64,000 nt of DNA, from positions 48,417 to 112,416 of the forward strand of contig JBDRNU010000025.1 in the NCBI GenBank assembly GCA_043810775.1, written 5' to 3'. Both the position numbers and the translations under genes were made by a program. The notes below the pieces were generated by a model. The model worked only from the letters and a program-made list of their open reading frames with translations, had not been told where the DNA came from and did not search any database. The stretch comes from an archaeon (GTDB taxonomy: Archaea > Nanobdellota > Nanobdellia > Pacearchaeales > GW2011-AR1). Below are positions 9,444 to 18,608 of this stretch, piece after piece. How positions within the stretch are numbered: position 1 is the stretch's first letter; the number at the start of each line of letters is the position of its first letter.

Positions 9444-9674
9444 ATGGTAACAACAATTCAGCTTAATGAAAATGTAAAGAATGCTTTAGATAGATTAAAG
9501 TCAAGAAAGCAAACTTATGAAGATGTAATTTTAGAGCTTATGAGAGTTGCTGAACAATGTAAACGAGAGCAAGAACAATTGCTTATTGAAGGTTATAAAG
9601 AAATGGCTGAAGAAAGCTTGAAGATTAATAAGGAATTTGAATCTATTGAAGAAGACTTTGATTGGAAATGGTAG
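9444..9674 (+). CDS. Putative antitoxin of the MazF-family toxin (76 aa)
   Basis: Small acidic protein immediately upstream of the PemK/MazF-like gene, overlapping it by 13 nt. The pairing is typical of type II TA operons. Confidence 0.6.
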   Translation: MVTTIQLNENVKNALDRLKSRKQTYEDVILELMRVAEQCKREQEQLLIEGYKEMAEESLKINKEFESIEEDFDWKW

Positions 9675-10015
9675 AAATAAAAAGAGGAGATATAGTGCTT
9701 GTAAATTTAGAACCTGTAAAAGGAAGTGAACAAGGTGGAGTGAGGCCTTGTTTAATTATTCAAAATGATAAAGGGAATAAATACAGCCCTCTGGCAATAA
9801 TTGCACCCTTAACTTCAAAAGAGTTTACAAAAGAGTTTGCAACTAATGTATTTGTTTCTAAAGAAGATTCAAAATTAGACAAAGACTCTACAATATTACT
9901 AAACCAAATAAAAACAATTGACAAGCGAAGAATAGTAAAAAAGATAAGCTTTTTAGACAGCGAAATTATGAAAAAAATTGACATGGCTATTAAAATAAGC
10001 TTGGGTTTGGTGTAG
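9662..10015 (+). CDS. mazF: MazF/PemK-family endoribonuclease toxin
   Basis: IKRGDIVLVNLEPVKGSEQGGVRPCLIIQND...SPLAIIAPLTSK matches the PemK/MazF N-terminal SH3-like signature. Confidence 0.85.
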   Translation: MEMVEIKRGDIVLVNLEPVKGSEQGGVRPCLIIQNDKGNKYSPLAIIAPLTSKEFTKEFATNVFVSKEDSKLDKDSTILLNQIKTIDKRRIVKKISFLDSEIMKKIDMAIKISLGLV

Positions 10016-10026
10016 TTAATAATAGA

Positions 10027-10857
10027 ATGATAAAATTGAGAAACTTAAAGCTGAAAAATAGATATTTTCTTGCGCCTATGGCTGAAGTTAATGATATTGT
10101 TTTTAGATTGCTATGCAAGAAAGCTGGTGCAGGATTAACTTATACTGGAATGATTCATCCTTTATCCAGGCAAAAACTAGAATTAGATGATAAACCATCC
10201 TTGCAATTGTTTTCTTCAGATGAAAAAGGAATTAAAGAATTTATTAAAAAATATGATATGGAAGTCAGCTTATGGGATTTTAATTTAGGATGTCCTGTTA
10301 AAAGGGCTGGCGAAGGGGGTTATGGGTATTTCTTACAGGACTTAAAGATGATTGAGAGAATTTTGAAAGTTATGCGAGAAAGCACTAAAAAGCCGATTAC
10401 AGTTAAGCTTAGAAAGTCAAGTCAGGCATTGAAAATAGTTAAGATAGCTGAAAAATATTGTGATGCAATTTCAATTCATCCAAGGACATTGCAACAAGGT
10501 TATTCTGGCAAGGCTGATATTAGTTTTGCTGAGGATATTAAGAAAAAATCAAAATTACCTATTATCTATTCTGGAGATGTAAATGAAGCTAATGTTTTTG
10601 ATTTATTAGAGAAATTTGATTTTGTTATGATTGGTAGAGAAGCAATTGGAAATCCTAATATTTTTGCTAAACTCACTAATAGTAAGGTTAGCTTAGGATT
10701 TAATGATTATCTTAAGTTAACTAAGAAATATAAACTTCCTTTTAAGCAGGTTAAATTTCAAGCAATTAATTTCACTAAAAAAAGGGGAAATGCGAAGAAG
10801 TTAAGAATGGAATTGATGAACGCTAAAAACATTGAAGATATTAGTAAAATCATATAA
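10027..10857 (+). CDS. tRNA-dihydrouridine synthase (Dus family)
   Basis: LAPMAEVNDIVFRLLCKKAGAGLTYTGMI and NLGCPVKRA (catalytic Cys region) are Dus TIM-barrel hallmarks. Confidence 0.85.
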   Translation: MIKLRNLKLKNRYFLAPMAEVNDIVFRLLCKKAGAGLTYTGMIHPLSRQKLELDDKPSLQLFSSDEKGIKEFIKKYDMEVSLWDFNLGCPVKRAGEGGYGYFLQDLKMIERILKVMRESTKKPITVKLRKSSQALKIVKIAEKYCDAISIHPRTLQQGYSGKADISFAEDIKKKSKLPIIYSGDVNEANVFDLLEKFDFVMIGREAIGNPNIFAKLTNSKVSLGFNDYLKLTKKYKLPFKQVKFQAINFTKKRGNAKKLRMELMNAKNIEDISKII

Positions 10858-10983
10858 CTTTGAAATTTGCAAATATTGCTTTAAAAATATTTAAATAGAA
10901 TTTTAACTTTAGATATTAACATTAATAATTGAATATGAAAATAAAAGAATTAAAATTTAAAAAATAAAAAAAAAATTGAGAAA

Positions 10984-11718
10984 TTACTCGTAACCTAGTT
11001 TAGCAATATCAATAGGCATGCTGACATTTTTTCTCTCAAATCTAGCCCTGTAAGTTCCATCTCCGTTTTCAGTTAAAACTACATCAGCGTAGTCTTCCAT
11101 TCCGAAAACTCCGCCAATATCTTCGCAACTTGTAACTGGAGTTTTTCTACCAGTATTTACAGCAACTACTGCCATTGCTTCTAAAGAACCAGATTGTCCG
11201 CCTAAAACTGCTAGCTTTAAGTCAGGATTTTGAACTAGCTCGTAAATTACTTCTTTTAGCATTTGACCTCTGCTTTTACAGATTTCATTAAAAGGAGTTG
11301 TTTTTCCACCATGATATGAATTCATAGTTGGATTTGCAACTAAATCTCTTACGTAAGTGTCAGTGTCTACTTTTCCGCTTTTTACAGCATCTTCATTGTA
11401 TACAATTCCATCGTCCCCAAGTCTTTCATCTTCCATAAATGGTCTTTTTTCAACACCATTTTCAGAAGGGTCAATTCCTAGAGCACCTAAATAAATAGCA
11501 TTTGCAGTATGGGCAGTTCTATTTAATTTATTAGCTCTAAGTAAGACATTTTTTGGTCCAACTTGGTTTTGTTTGCAGTATCCACCTAGAGTTTTTCTTG
11601 AAGTGTCATAGATTCTTTTAGAAGAATCCCACTGCACTGTATCTTCTATTGTTACTCCATTTGCGTCTTTAGGAACAATTCCGTGCCTTGATATTCTTAT
11701 TCTTTTTTCTTTAATCAT
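10984..11718 (-). CDS. Hypothetical protein (244 aa from the preferred start), last gene of the swivel-domain array
   Basis: Track ORF is 10984..11745. The internal ATG (MIKEKRIRISRHG) is preceded by TAAGGAGAAGTAAA (SD-like GGAG). No family recognised. AVLGGQSGSLEAMAV only weakly recalls PGGxGTxxE-type Rossmann motifs, so it is left unassigned. Confidence 0.6.
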   Translation of the reverse strand: MIKEKRIRISRHGIVPKDANGVTIEDTVQWDSSKRIYDTSRKTLGGYCKQNQVGPKNVLLRANKLNRTAHTANAIYLGALGIDPSENGVEKRPFMEDERLGDDGIVYNEDAVKSGKVDTDTYVRDLVANPTMNSYHGGKTTPFNEICKSRGQMLKEVIYELVQNPDLKLAVLGGQSGSLEAMAVVAVNTGRKTPVTSCEDIGGVFGMEDYADVVLTENGDGTYRARFERKNVSMPIDIAKLGYE

Positions 11719-11795
11719 TTTACTTCTCCTTAATTTATTTAACATAATAGAGTATTTAAATCTTTCTATTTGTCACTATTATTTAATGGTGACAA

Positions 11796-13541
11796 TTACT
11801 TGTTTTTTCCTTTAATCTTTCTTACAGTGCCATGATTCATTCTTAGCTCGAGTTCATCTCCGTTTTTCAGTACTTTTGTGGCTATTTTTGTGCCTATTAT
11901 GCAAGGTTTATTCATTTCTCGAGAGACTATAGCTGCATGGCTTGTAATCCCCCCTATATCAGTTATTACTGCTCTTGCTTTTCTCATTAGTTGGACAAAA
12001 TCTGGACGAGTCATTGGAGTAATTAGAATTTCATCTTCTGAAATTGTTTCTTTATAGGGATTTAAAATTACTTTAGCTTTTCCTAAAATAATTGGATTTT
12101 CACCTCTACAAGCTATGATTCCTTGGAAATTTTCTGTTTCAGAATGTGAATTTTCTTTTAAGAGTATATTTTTAATTGGAATTACATCATTTCCTGTAAA
12201 AAAGCTAATCTTATTTTTATTTTGAGATACTATAAAAATACCTTCTCTTCTTTCATTCAGTATATTTATATCAAGGTTTTTTTCAAGTAAATCTGGGAGT
12301 TCACTTATTTTTGCGTAAGATGTTAGTTTTGGTTCTAGTCCTGTTCTTTTTCCAAATTCTTCAAAAAATCTGAACATATGATGCAGCATCATTAGAACTA
12401 TCTTTTTTCTTTCGTCTTTTATCCATGTTACATTTTGAATGTGCTGTAGTTCTTGGTCTATTTCTGAAGGTATTTTAAATTGTTTTATTATATTATTTCT
12501 TTTTTCTTTAATTGCTTCTGTATCTTCAAGTTCATTAAGTTCTTTTTTTAAATCAGTTAGGGTAAATTCTTTTAGTGCTCCTTTTATAAATTCAGTGAAT
12601 TCTATTATTGAGAGTATTGTCCATTGCCCATATGAATTCTGCACCCAATAATAATTTTGCTGATGCTCTTGTATTGCTCTGAATATTTCTGGATAATTCA
12701 TTTTTAGTTCTGCTAGATAATCTGCATAAGGTAGATTTTTTATAAGATTTCTTTGACGAGGGCTTTGAAAGTATTTTAAAATTAATCTTAGGAAGTCTCT
12801 TCTTTCTCTTGCTACAAATGATAATTCAAATGGAAGTGTTAGAGTTGCAAATGATTCTTTTGCTTTTTTTTCATCACCAATTAGCTTTGTAATTTTTGGC
12901 ATGTAATAATCATCTAAATAATGATTATATGGTTCAACTACTAGGCCTACTTCCCAGAATTTTCCTAGAACTTTGTTAAATTTATTAAATTCTTCAACTA
13001 GTGCTTCATTTGATAAAGAATCAATTTTAATGAATTCTAGTCTTTTTAGGAATTTTTCTGTTTTTTCATAAATCTCTTCATATTCTTTTAAGAAGATTTC
13101 AATTTTTTCTGGATCTTCTTTTACTGCTTTTATTTGCGCTTTACAGCTTTCTAGTGATTCTTGGATACTTAGAATTTGTTTCATGTAGTCTTTTTCTGTG
13201 TAAAATATTGAGTGTGATAAGCAGGGTTTGAAGTATTTTTCAGTGTCTGACATTTTTAAGATTCCTATTTCAAGAGTTAAAGGAAGGCCTGGAGCTTCGT
13301 CTGTCCAGAATTTTTCTGTTTTTATATAATTCATAAACTGGTCTTTATTAATTTCTTCTATTTCTTGTTTTTTATTTAGGAATTTATCAAGGTCTTGTTT
13401 TTTATAACGTCTATCTCCACGATTACCTATTCTAATTGCTTTTAAAATTCCAGAATTATCCCAGTTTCTTAGGGTTATTTTACTAACTCCAAGTAGTTTA
13501 GCTGCTGAACTTATATCAATTAAATCTGTATTTTTAACCAT
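11796..13541 (-). CDS. MerR-type HTH + helical middle region + C-terminal PEP-utilizer mobile (phosphohistidine swivel) domain protein (581 aa)
   Basis: N-terminus ISSAAKLLGVSKITLRNWDNSGILKAIRIGNRGDRRYKKQDL (MerR/excisionase-like HTH). C-terminus MTRPDFVQLMRKARAVITDIGGITSHAAIVSREMNKPCIIGTK (swivel domain with the His). Confidence 0.85.
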   Translation of the reverse strand: MVKNTDLIDISSAAKLLGVSKITLRNWDNSGILKAIRIGNRGDRRYKKQDLDKFLNKKQEIEEINKDQFMNYIKTEKFWTDEAPGLPLTLEIGILKMSDTEKYFKPCLSHSIFYTEKDYMKQILSIQESLESCKAQIKAVKEDPEKIEIFLKEYEEIYEKTEKFLKRLEFIKIDSLSNEALVEEFNKFNKVLGKFWEVGLVVEPYNHYLDDYYMPKITKLIGDEKKAKESFATLTLPFELSFVARERRDFLRLILKYFQSPRQRNLIKNLPYADYLAELKMNYPEIFRAIQEHQQNYYWVQNSYGQWTILSIIEFTEFIKGALKEFTLTDLKKELNELEDTEAIKEKRNNIIKQFKIPSEIDQELQHIQNVTWIKDERKKIVLMMLHHMFRFFEEFGKRTGLEPKLTSYAKISELPDLLEKNLDINILNERREGIFIVSQNKNKISFFTGNDVIPIKNILLKENSHSETENFQGIIACRGENPIILGKAKVILNPYKETISEDEILITPMTRPDFVQLMRKARAVITDIGGITSHAAIVSREMNKPCIIGTKIATKVLKNGDELELRMNHGTVRKIKGKNK

Positions 13542-13590
13542 TTTTAGCTAATTTTGTATATTTAAGTTGATATATATTTATAATTAATTA

Positions 13591-13605
13591 TTTATAAATG
13601 TTTCG
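13591..13605 (-). promoter_or_regulatory. BRE/TATA-like promoter element (minus-strand reading CGAAACATTTATAAA) upstream of the 581-aa gene
   Basis: Plus-strand TTTATAAATGTTTCG lies about 50 nt upstream of the start at 13541. The same motif recurs upstream of several minus-strand genes. Confidence 0.45.
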
Positions 13606-13619
13606 ATTTATACGAACTT

Positions 13620-14948
13620 TTAAAGAATCTTTATTACACCAGTATTAGCATCTACTTCAACTTCTTGGCCGTCCTTTAAGACTTGTGTAGCTATTTTAGT
13701 TCCTATAATACAAGGCTTTCTTAGTTCACGAGCTACTATAGCAGCGTGGCAAGTAATTCCACCTTCATCTGTTATTATAGCAGAAGCTTTTTTACAAGCT
13801 GTTATGATATTTGGACGTGTCATTTCACTAACTAAGACGTCTCCTTCTTGCATATTTTTTATTTTTTCCAAGTGATTGTCAGCGTTTCTATAGGAAAGCA
13901 CTATAACCTTACCTTTTACTTTTCCTTTGTTTGCTATAGCTCCTTTTAATTCTTTTAAATCTAATTTTACAGATAAACTTTCTTTAATCTCTTTAGCTTT
14001 ATTTCCTTCAAGTATATTTATTTCATTATTTTTTAAAATAAATATTGAGCTTTCTTTTCTTTCCTGTAATATGCTTTTTTCAATTTTCTTTCCTGTTTCA
14101 AGCATTTTAGCTATTTCTTGATAATTGCAAAGTCTAAGCTCTTCTTTTGATATCTTAAGCCTGGTTTTTATTTCTTCTAGGATCAATTCATTATAATATA
14201 GGGCTTGCATCCAGATAAGCCTCATTCTAAATCTTTGCTCAGTTATATTTCTTAAGATATCTGAAATTAATACAGCTTCTCCTGGAATTTCAGAATTTTG
14301 AATTAAGCTCATTCTTTCTTTTTGATCTGCATCCTCTTCTTTGAATAAGACTTTTTTATTAAGATTTTTGTCTATTTTAGCTTCTTCTGACTTAATTGAT
14401 TCTGCAAATGATTTTAAGAAAGGATTATTTTTTTCATTAATGATGAATCTCTTTTTAGGAGTAGTCAAAGCAATTATTATTCCATCTATATCTTTTATTC
14501 CTTGACTGGTTAATAAATCTCTTAATTTTTTTTCTATTTTACTTATATTATGTGGTTGAGTTGCAATGTAGCTTATAAAACACTCTTTTATTCCCCTTCC
14601 AAAAGTATCTAGTAAGTTACTTAACTCTTCATTGCTTATTTCTTTGAAATCTTGTTCAGCTAGTTTTTGCATTTGGGTCACTATCGAACTGTAAGCAGTT
14701 TTTACTTCTTTTTCAAATTTCTTGAATTTAGTAGTACTTCTGAAAAATTCATATCCTTCATTTTCAGCTTTTTTAAGTTCTTCTTCTTGAACATAAAATT
14801 CAGCATTAAATCCATTACCCCATACTAGTGCTTGGCTTATTCCAAATCCAAATCTTTCTTTTAGTCTTGGACCGTAATTTAGCAAGATACCATTTAAGTC
14901 ATAGTAATTCTGATTTTCATCTGCCCACATTAAAATATATTTATTCAT
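13620..14948 (-). CDS. X-swivel protein: unassigned helical N-terminal region + C-terminal PEP-utilizer mobile domain (442 aa)
   Basis: C-terminus MTRPNIITACKKASAIITDEGGITCHAAIVARELRKPCIIGTK. The start overlaps the stop of the upstream 251-aa gene by 8 nt. Confidence 0.85.
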   Translation of the reverse strand: MNKYILMWADENQNYYDLNGILLNYGPRLKERFGFGISQALVWGNGFNAEFYVQEEELKKAENEGYEFFRSTTKFKKFEKEVKTAYSSIVTQMQKLAEQDFKEISNEELSNLLDTFGRGIKECFISYIATQPHNISKIEKKLRDLLTSQGIKDIDGIIIALTTPKKRFIINEKNNPFLKSFAESIKSEEAKIDKNLNKKVLFKEEDADQKERMSLIQNSEIPGEAVLISDILRNITEQRFRMRLIWMQALYYNELILEEIKTRLKISKEELRLCNYQEIAKMLETGKKIEKSILQERKESSIFILKNNEINILEGNKAKEIKESLSVKLDLKELKGAIANKGKVKGKVIVLSYRNADNHLEKIKNMQEGDVLVSEMTRPNIITACKKASAIITDEGGITCHAAIVARELRKPCIIGTKIATQVLKDGQEVEVDANTGVIKIL

Positions 14949-15696
14949 TTTGTCCTCTTTCTGTATATTCTCTGCATCTAGCTCTTACTTTATTATCGCT
15001 TTCTTGCACATATGCACTCCATTTTTCATAATTTAGATACTTCAGTCTTCTTATACCTGAATAAGCATCTGCCCAGATTCTTTCACCCAATTTTCTTCCT
15101 TGAACTATAAGTTCGTGAGCTTCTTGATCTCTAGCTGCTTTATCTCCAGCACGGTATTCCCATCCATTCATTGAATAGTATCTTGCATCTGCAGGTTTAA
15201 GGTCTTCTGGAGTTTTTCCTTGTTTTTTAGGAATAACTACTCTATTTACAAAGTCATTAGGGACTTCTGTGTCATCCATATCTTTTCCATAAACTTTATG
15301 TGTGAATTTTGTTCCTTCAAGAACTGTTTTGTATTTTCTTCCTTTTCTTTGACCTGCTTGTTTTTGATATTCTCCAAGAATATGTGTGTCTACTGCATAA
15401 ACTTTATCAGCTTGTCTTAATTTTTCTCTTGTTGAAGCTTTTCTACCAGTATTCCTAAGGGCCTCTATGTCTAAGTTATATCTACCTATACTTTCTTCTA
15501 AAGCTTGAATATGCTTATCTTCAATAGGATGGTTTTCTTTATTTCCTATATAGTCTGGATGACCCATGCCTTCGGCTGTAATCTCTAATTCACCTAAATG
15601 TGCTAGTTCATCTATTCTAGTCTGAGCTATAGCAGCAAGAGTTGTCCCTCTCCTACCCCCATAACATCCGACCAGAGCTTTGTATTTGTTTTTCAT
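14941..15696 (-). CDS. Hypothetical protein with by-eye resemblance to the low-molecular-weight phosphatase (LMW-PTP/ArsC) fold; divergent P-loop
   Basis: KALVGCYGGRRGTTLAA resembles ILVVCvGNiCRSPtAE. EITAEGMG resembles the SAG motif. ADKVYAVDTHILGE resembles the aDlIlvMd..h segment. The P-loop is C-x4-R rather than the canonical C-x5-R. SD-like GAGGT lies upstream. Confidence 0.55.
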   Translation of the reverse strand: MKNKYKALVGCYGGRRGTTLAAIAQTRIDELAHLGELEITAEGMGHPDYIGNKENHPIEDKHIQALEESIGRYNLDIEALRNTGRKASTREKLRQADKVYAVDTHILGEYQKQAGQRKGRKYKTVLEGTKFTHKVYGKDMDDTEVPNDFVNRVVIPKKQGKTPEDLKPADARYYSMNGWEYRAGDKAARDQEAHELIVQGRKLGERIWADAYSGIRRLKYLNYEKWSAYVQESDNKVRARCREYTERGQNE

Positions 15697-15773
15697 TTTA
15701 TTTTTATACCTCTTAATAATAGTAACATCTTTATATATTTAAAAGCTTTTCCTTGTTTTTTGTGAATTATAGG

Positions 15774-15787
15774 GAAAGTTTATATAG
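15774..15787 (+). promoter_or_regulatory. BRE/TATA-like element (GAAAGTTTATATAG) about 25 nt upstream of the Lrp-like ATG (leaderless-type spacing)
   Basis: Read directly in the divergent intergenic region 15697-15807. Confidence 0.4.
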
Positions 15788-15807
15788 TATTCCATATTTT
15801 AACAATT

Positions 15808-16788
15808 ATGATAGATATTGATGTAAAAGATAGGAAAATATTGTATTATCTTTCCCAAGATGGAAGAGCTAGTAATACTCATCTTTCAAAGAAAGTTGGG
15901 TTGAGTAAAAATGCTGTTGCATATAGAATTGAGAGACTGAAAAAATTAAAAGTTATAAAACACTTTGCTTCAATTGTAAATCTTGGAAGCTTAAATTTCA
16001 CTACTTTTACTGTTTTGTTAAAGTTTAATGAGGATATATATGAAAATAGTTCTATTATTGAGTATTTTAAAAGCCATGATTATGTTGATTGGATGGTCAG
16101 CTTGTCTGGGCAGTGGGACCTTTTTATTGAGTTTGTTTCCAGGGATTTTAACCATTTGACTGAGATAATAGAGGAAATTATAAGTTATTTTAAAGATACG
16201 CTTGAAACTTATGAGTTATCTTATTCTAGGGTGACTTTAAGAGTTGAGCATCTTGTAAAGGATTTTTACCAGGACTTAAAACTCAGTCCTATTAAGACTA
16301 GTGAGAGAACTAAGCAGATCTTTAAGCTAGATAAGATTGATAAGCAGATACTAGAAGTTCTAAATAAAGATTCTTCTCTTCCTTATCTTAGTATTGCTGA
16401 GAAATTAAAGACCAGTATTGATGTTGTGAGATATAGGATTAGTAATTTAGTTAGTAAAGGAGTGATAGTTAAATTTTTCCCAGAAATATCCCTTCCCAAG
16501 TTAGGTTATACTGAGTATTTGTATAGTTTAAGATTAAAGAACTTATCTTCTGAAAAATTTAGGGATATTCAGAATGATATAAAAAATAATAACAATATAA
16601 CTTATGCGTTTGTAGATAGTGTTAGTTTAAGGATTATTTTTGTCTGTGCATTTAAATCTCCAGAAGCTATAGATCATTTATCCAGAGGCTTAAGAAAAAA
16701 GTATATGGGCAGTATAGATAAACAGGAGTATCTTATAATTAAGGAACAGATGCTGTTTAATTTATTTCCCAGGGGATTAACTAAATAA
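15808..16788 (+). CDS. Tandem (duplicated) Lrp/AsnC-family transcriptional regulator (326 aa)
   Basis: Two AsnC-type HTH units: DRKILYYLSQDGRASNTHLSKKVGLSKNAVAYRIERLKKLKVIKHF and DKQILEVLNKDSSLPYLSIAEKLKTSIDVVRYRISNLVSKGVIVKF. Each is followed by ~100 aa of the right length for a RAM-like domain. Confidence 0.8.
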   Translation: MIDIDVKDRKILYYLSQDGRASNTHLSKKVGLSKNAVAYRIERLKKLKVIKHFASIVNLGSLNFTTFTVLLKFNEDIYENSSIIEYFKSHDYVDWMVSLSGQWDLFIEFVSRDFNHLTEIIEEIISYFKDTLETYELSYSRVTLRVEHLVKDFYQDLKLSPIKTSERTKQIFKLDKIDKQILEVLNKDSSLPYLSIAEKLKTSIDVVRYRISNLVSKGVIVKFFPEISLPKLGYTEYLYSLRLKNLSSEKFRDIQNDIKNNNNITYAFVDSVSLRIIFVCAFKSPEAIDHLSRGLRKKYMGSIDKQEYLIIKEQMLFNLFPRGLTK

Positions 16789-18516
16789 TTATTTTATGAC
16801 TTTTATTAGCCCGTGATGCATTCTTATTTCAATTTCTTGACCTGATTGAAGAACTTTTGTAGCATTTTTAGTGCCTATAATGCATGGTTTGTTCATTTCT
16901 CTTGAAACTATAGCTGCATGACAAGTTATTCCACCTTCATCTGTAATTACTGCTCTTGCTTTTCTCATTAGTGGGACGAAATCAGGACGAGTCATACTAG
17001 TAACTAGTATTTCATCTTCTGAAATTGTTTCTTTGTTAGGGTTGAGAATTACTTTTACTTTCCCCCGTATAATTGGTTCGCTGCCCCTACATGCGACGTT
17101 TCCCTCTATTTCATATACAGTCTTAGTCTCAATATTTTTTGAGACTAGTTTTTTAAATTCTAGAAATTCATTTCCTACTAGTATGCTGAATTTGTTTGGT
17201 TTTTGAGATATAAACGAGCAGCCATTACGCCTTTGCTGTAAAGTGGAAATTGGCATTGAATTTTGGAGTATAAGGGGGATTTCTTCTGTTTTTGCATATC
17301 CTATTAGTTTTTCATTAATTCCTGTTCTTCTTGCAAATTCTTCTATAAATCCGTGTATATTATGTAGATATATTAAAATAACTCTTTTTCTATCATCTTT
17401 AATCCATGTAATATTTTTTATATATTCTAACTCCTTTACTACTTTTTCAGGGATTTTTAATTCTTTAATTAGCTCTTCTTGTTCTTTTTTAAGAGCATCA
17501 AAATTTGTTATTTTGTCTAGTTCTTGTCTAGCTTGTTCAATTGTAGATTCTTTTATAGAGTCCCTTAAAATATTCAGAAAATCAGTTACTTGCAAAATTG
17601 TTCTATCTAGATAATTGTTTTGAACCCAAAAAAATTCTCTTTGGTGTTTTAAAAGAGCTTCAAAGAATTTGGGTTCGTTAATTTTTATATATGTTAAGAA
17701 ATCTTCGTTTGAATCATTCATAATTTTTTTTCTTTTTTTATTATTGTTTAGATATTTTATAATCATATTTAGAAGGCTTTTTCTTTCTTCAGCTGTGAAT
17801 GAGGACTTTGTTGGAAGAGTCAGCAATGAAAAAGCATGTCTTGCTTTTTTCTTGTCACTTGCTTTTTTCTCAAAATCTAGGTAATAAAGGTCTGTAAATG
17901 GGTCGTGTGATTCAACAAGTAAATTAATATTCCAAAATTCAATTAAAGGCTTGTTAAATAAATTAAATTCTTTTAATAGTTCTTCTGTTGAAAGTTCTTT
18001 GAGTCTAATAAATTCTAAACGAGTCATTGCTGTTTCAAATTTTTTAGATCGCTTAGCCCATTCTTTAAAGAAATTTTCTATTTTTTTTGGATTTTTATTT
18101 ACTGCTTCAAACTGGGCCCTACAATTTTCAATAGATTCTGATAAACTTAAAGATTGGATTATAAAATCATTTTCTGATAAATGTGGGTAGAAGGTTACTC
18201 CTGGTTTAAACCAATTTTCCATTTTAGCGCCCTCTTTAATTCCTAGTTCTGCTGTAATAGGGAGTCCTGGAAGTTCTTGAAACCAGAAATCATTGTGTTT
18301 TACCCAGTTCCAGAAGAATTCTTTGTCAATTTCTGGACATTTTTCCTTATTTAAAAGCTTGTTTATATCCTCTTTTTTATAACGTCTATCTCCACGATTA
18401 CCTATTCTTACTGCTTTTAAAGTCCCAGAATTATCCCAGTTTCTAAGGGTTTTCTTACTAATCCCTAGCTGTTCTGCAGCTGTATTTATTCCAACTAATT
18501 CTTCATTTTTAGCCAT
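16789..18516 (-). CDS. MerR-type HTH + helical middle region + C-terminal PEP-utilizer mobile domain protein (575 aa)
   Basis: N-terminus INTAAEQLGISKKTLRNWDNSGTLKAVRIGNRGDRRYKKEDI. C-terminus MTRPDFVPLMRKARAVITDEGGITCHAAIVSREMNKPCIIGTK. Confidence 0.85.
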   Translation of the reverse strand: MAKNEELVGINTAAEQLGISKKTLRNWDNSGTLKAVRIGNRGDRRYKKEDINKLLNKEKCPEIDKEFFWNWVKHNDFWFQELPGLPITAELGIKEGAKMENWFKPGVTFYPHLSENDFIIQSLSLSESIENCRAQFEAVNKNPKKIENFFKEWAKRSKKFETAMTRLEFIRLKELSTEELLKEFNLFNKPLIEFWNINLLVESHDPFTDLYYLDFEKKASDKKKARHAFSLLTLPTKSSFTAEERKSLLNMIIKYLNNNKKRKKIMNDSNEDFLTYIKINEPKFFEALLKHQREFFWVQNNYLDRTILQVTDFLNILRDSIKESTIEQARQELDKITNFDALKKEQEELIKELKIPEKVVKELEYIKNITWIKDDRKRVILIYLHNIHGFIEEFARRTGINEKLIGYAKTEEIPLILQNSMPISTLQQRRNGCSFISQKPNKFSILVGNEFLEFKKLVSKNIETKTVYEIEGNVACRGSEPIIRGKVKVILNPNKETISEDEILVTSMTRPDFVPLMRKARAVITDEGGITCHAAIVSREMNKPCIIGTKNATKVLQSGQEIEIRMHHGLIKVIK

Positions 18517-18563
18517 TTTTTAATAATTTTAGCTTTTTTAGTTGGAATTAGTTGACCTTTGCA

Positions 18564-18592
18564 TTTATAAATGTTTCGGTTAAAGGGTATTT
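18564..18592 (-). promoter_or_regulatory. BRE/TATA-like promoter plus conserved upstream box (plus strand TTTATAAATGTTTCGGTTAAAGGGTATTTA)
   Basis: Lies between the stop of the 553-aa gene and the start of the 575-aa gene. GGTTAAAGGGTATTTA is repeated at 20313-20328. Confidence 0.45.
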
Positions 18593-18608
18593 AAAAAGAA
18601 GTTAGGGA

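Noticed and set aside
12439-18190. Antisense ORFs in the MerR-swivel and X-swivel genes (12439..12651, 13927..14121, 14828..15031, 15220..15420, 17243..17614, 17669..17884, 17951..18190)
   Set aside because: They are nested opposite well-supported genes, have Ser/Phe/Leu/Ile-rich low-complexity translations typical of antisense K/E-rich coding DNA, and carry no motifs.
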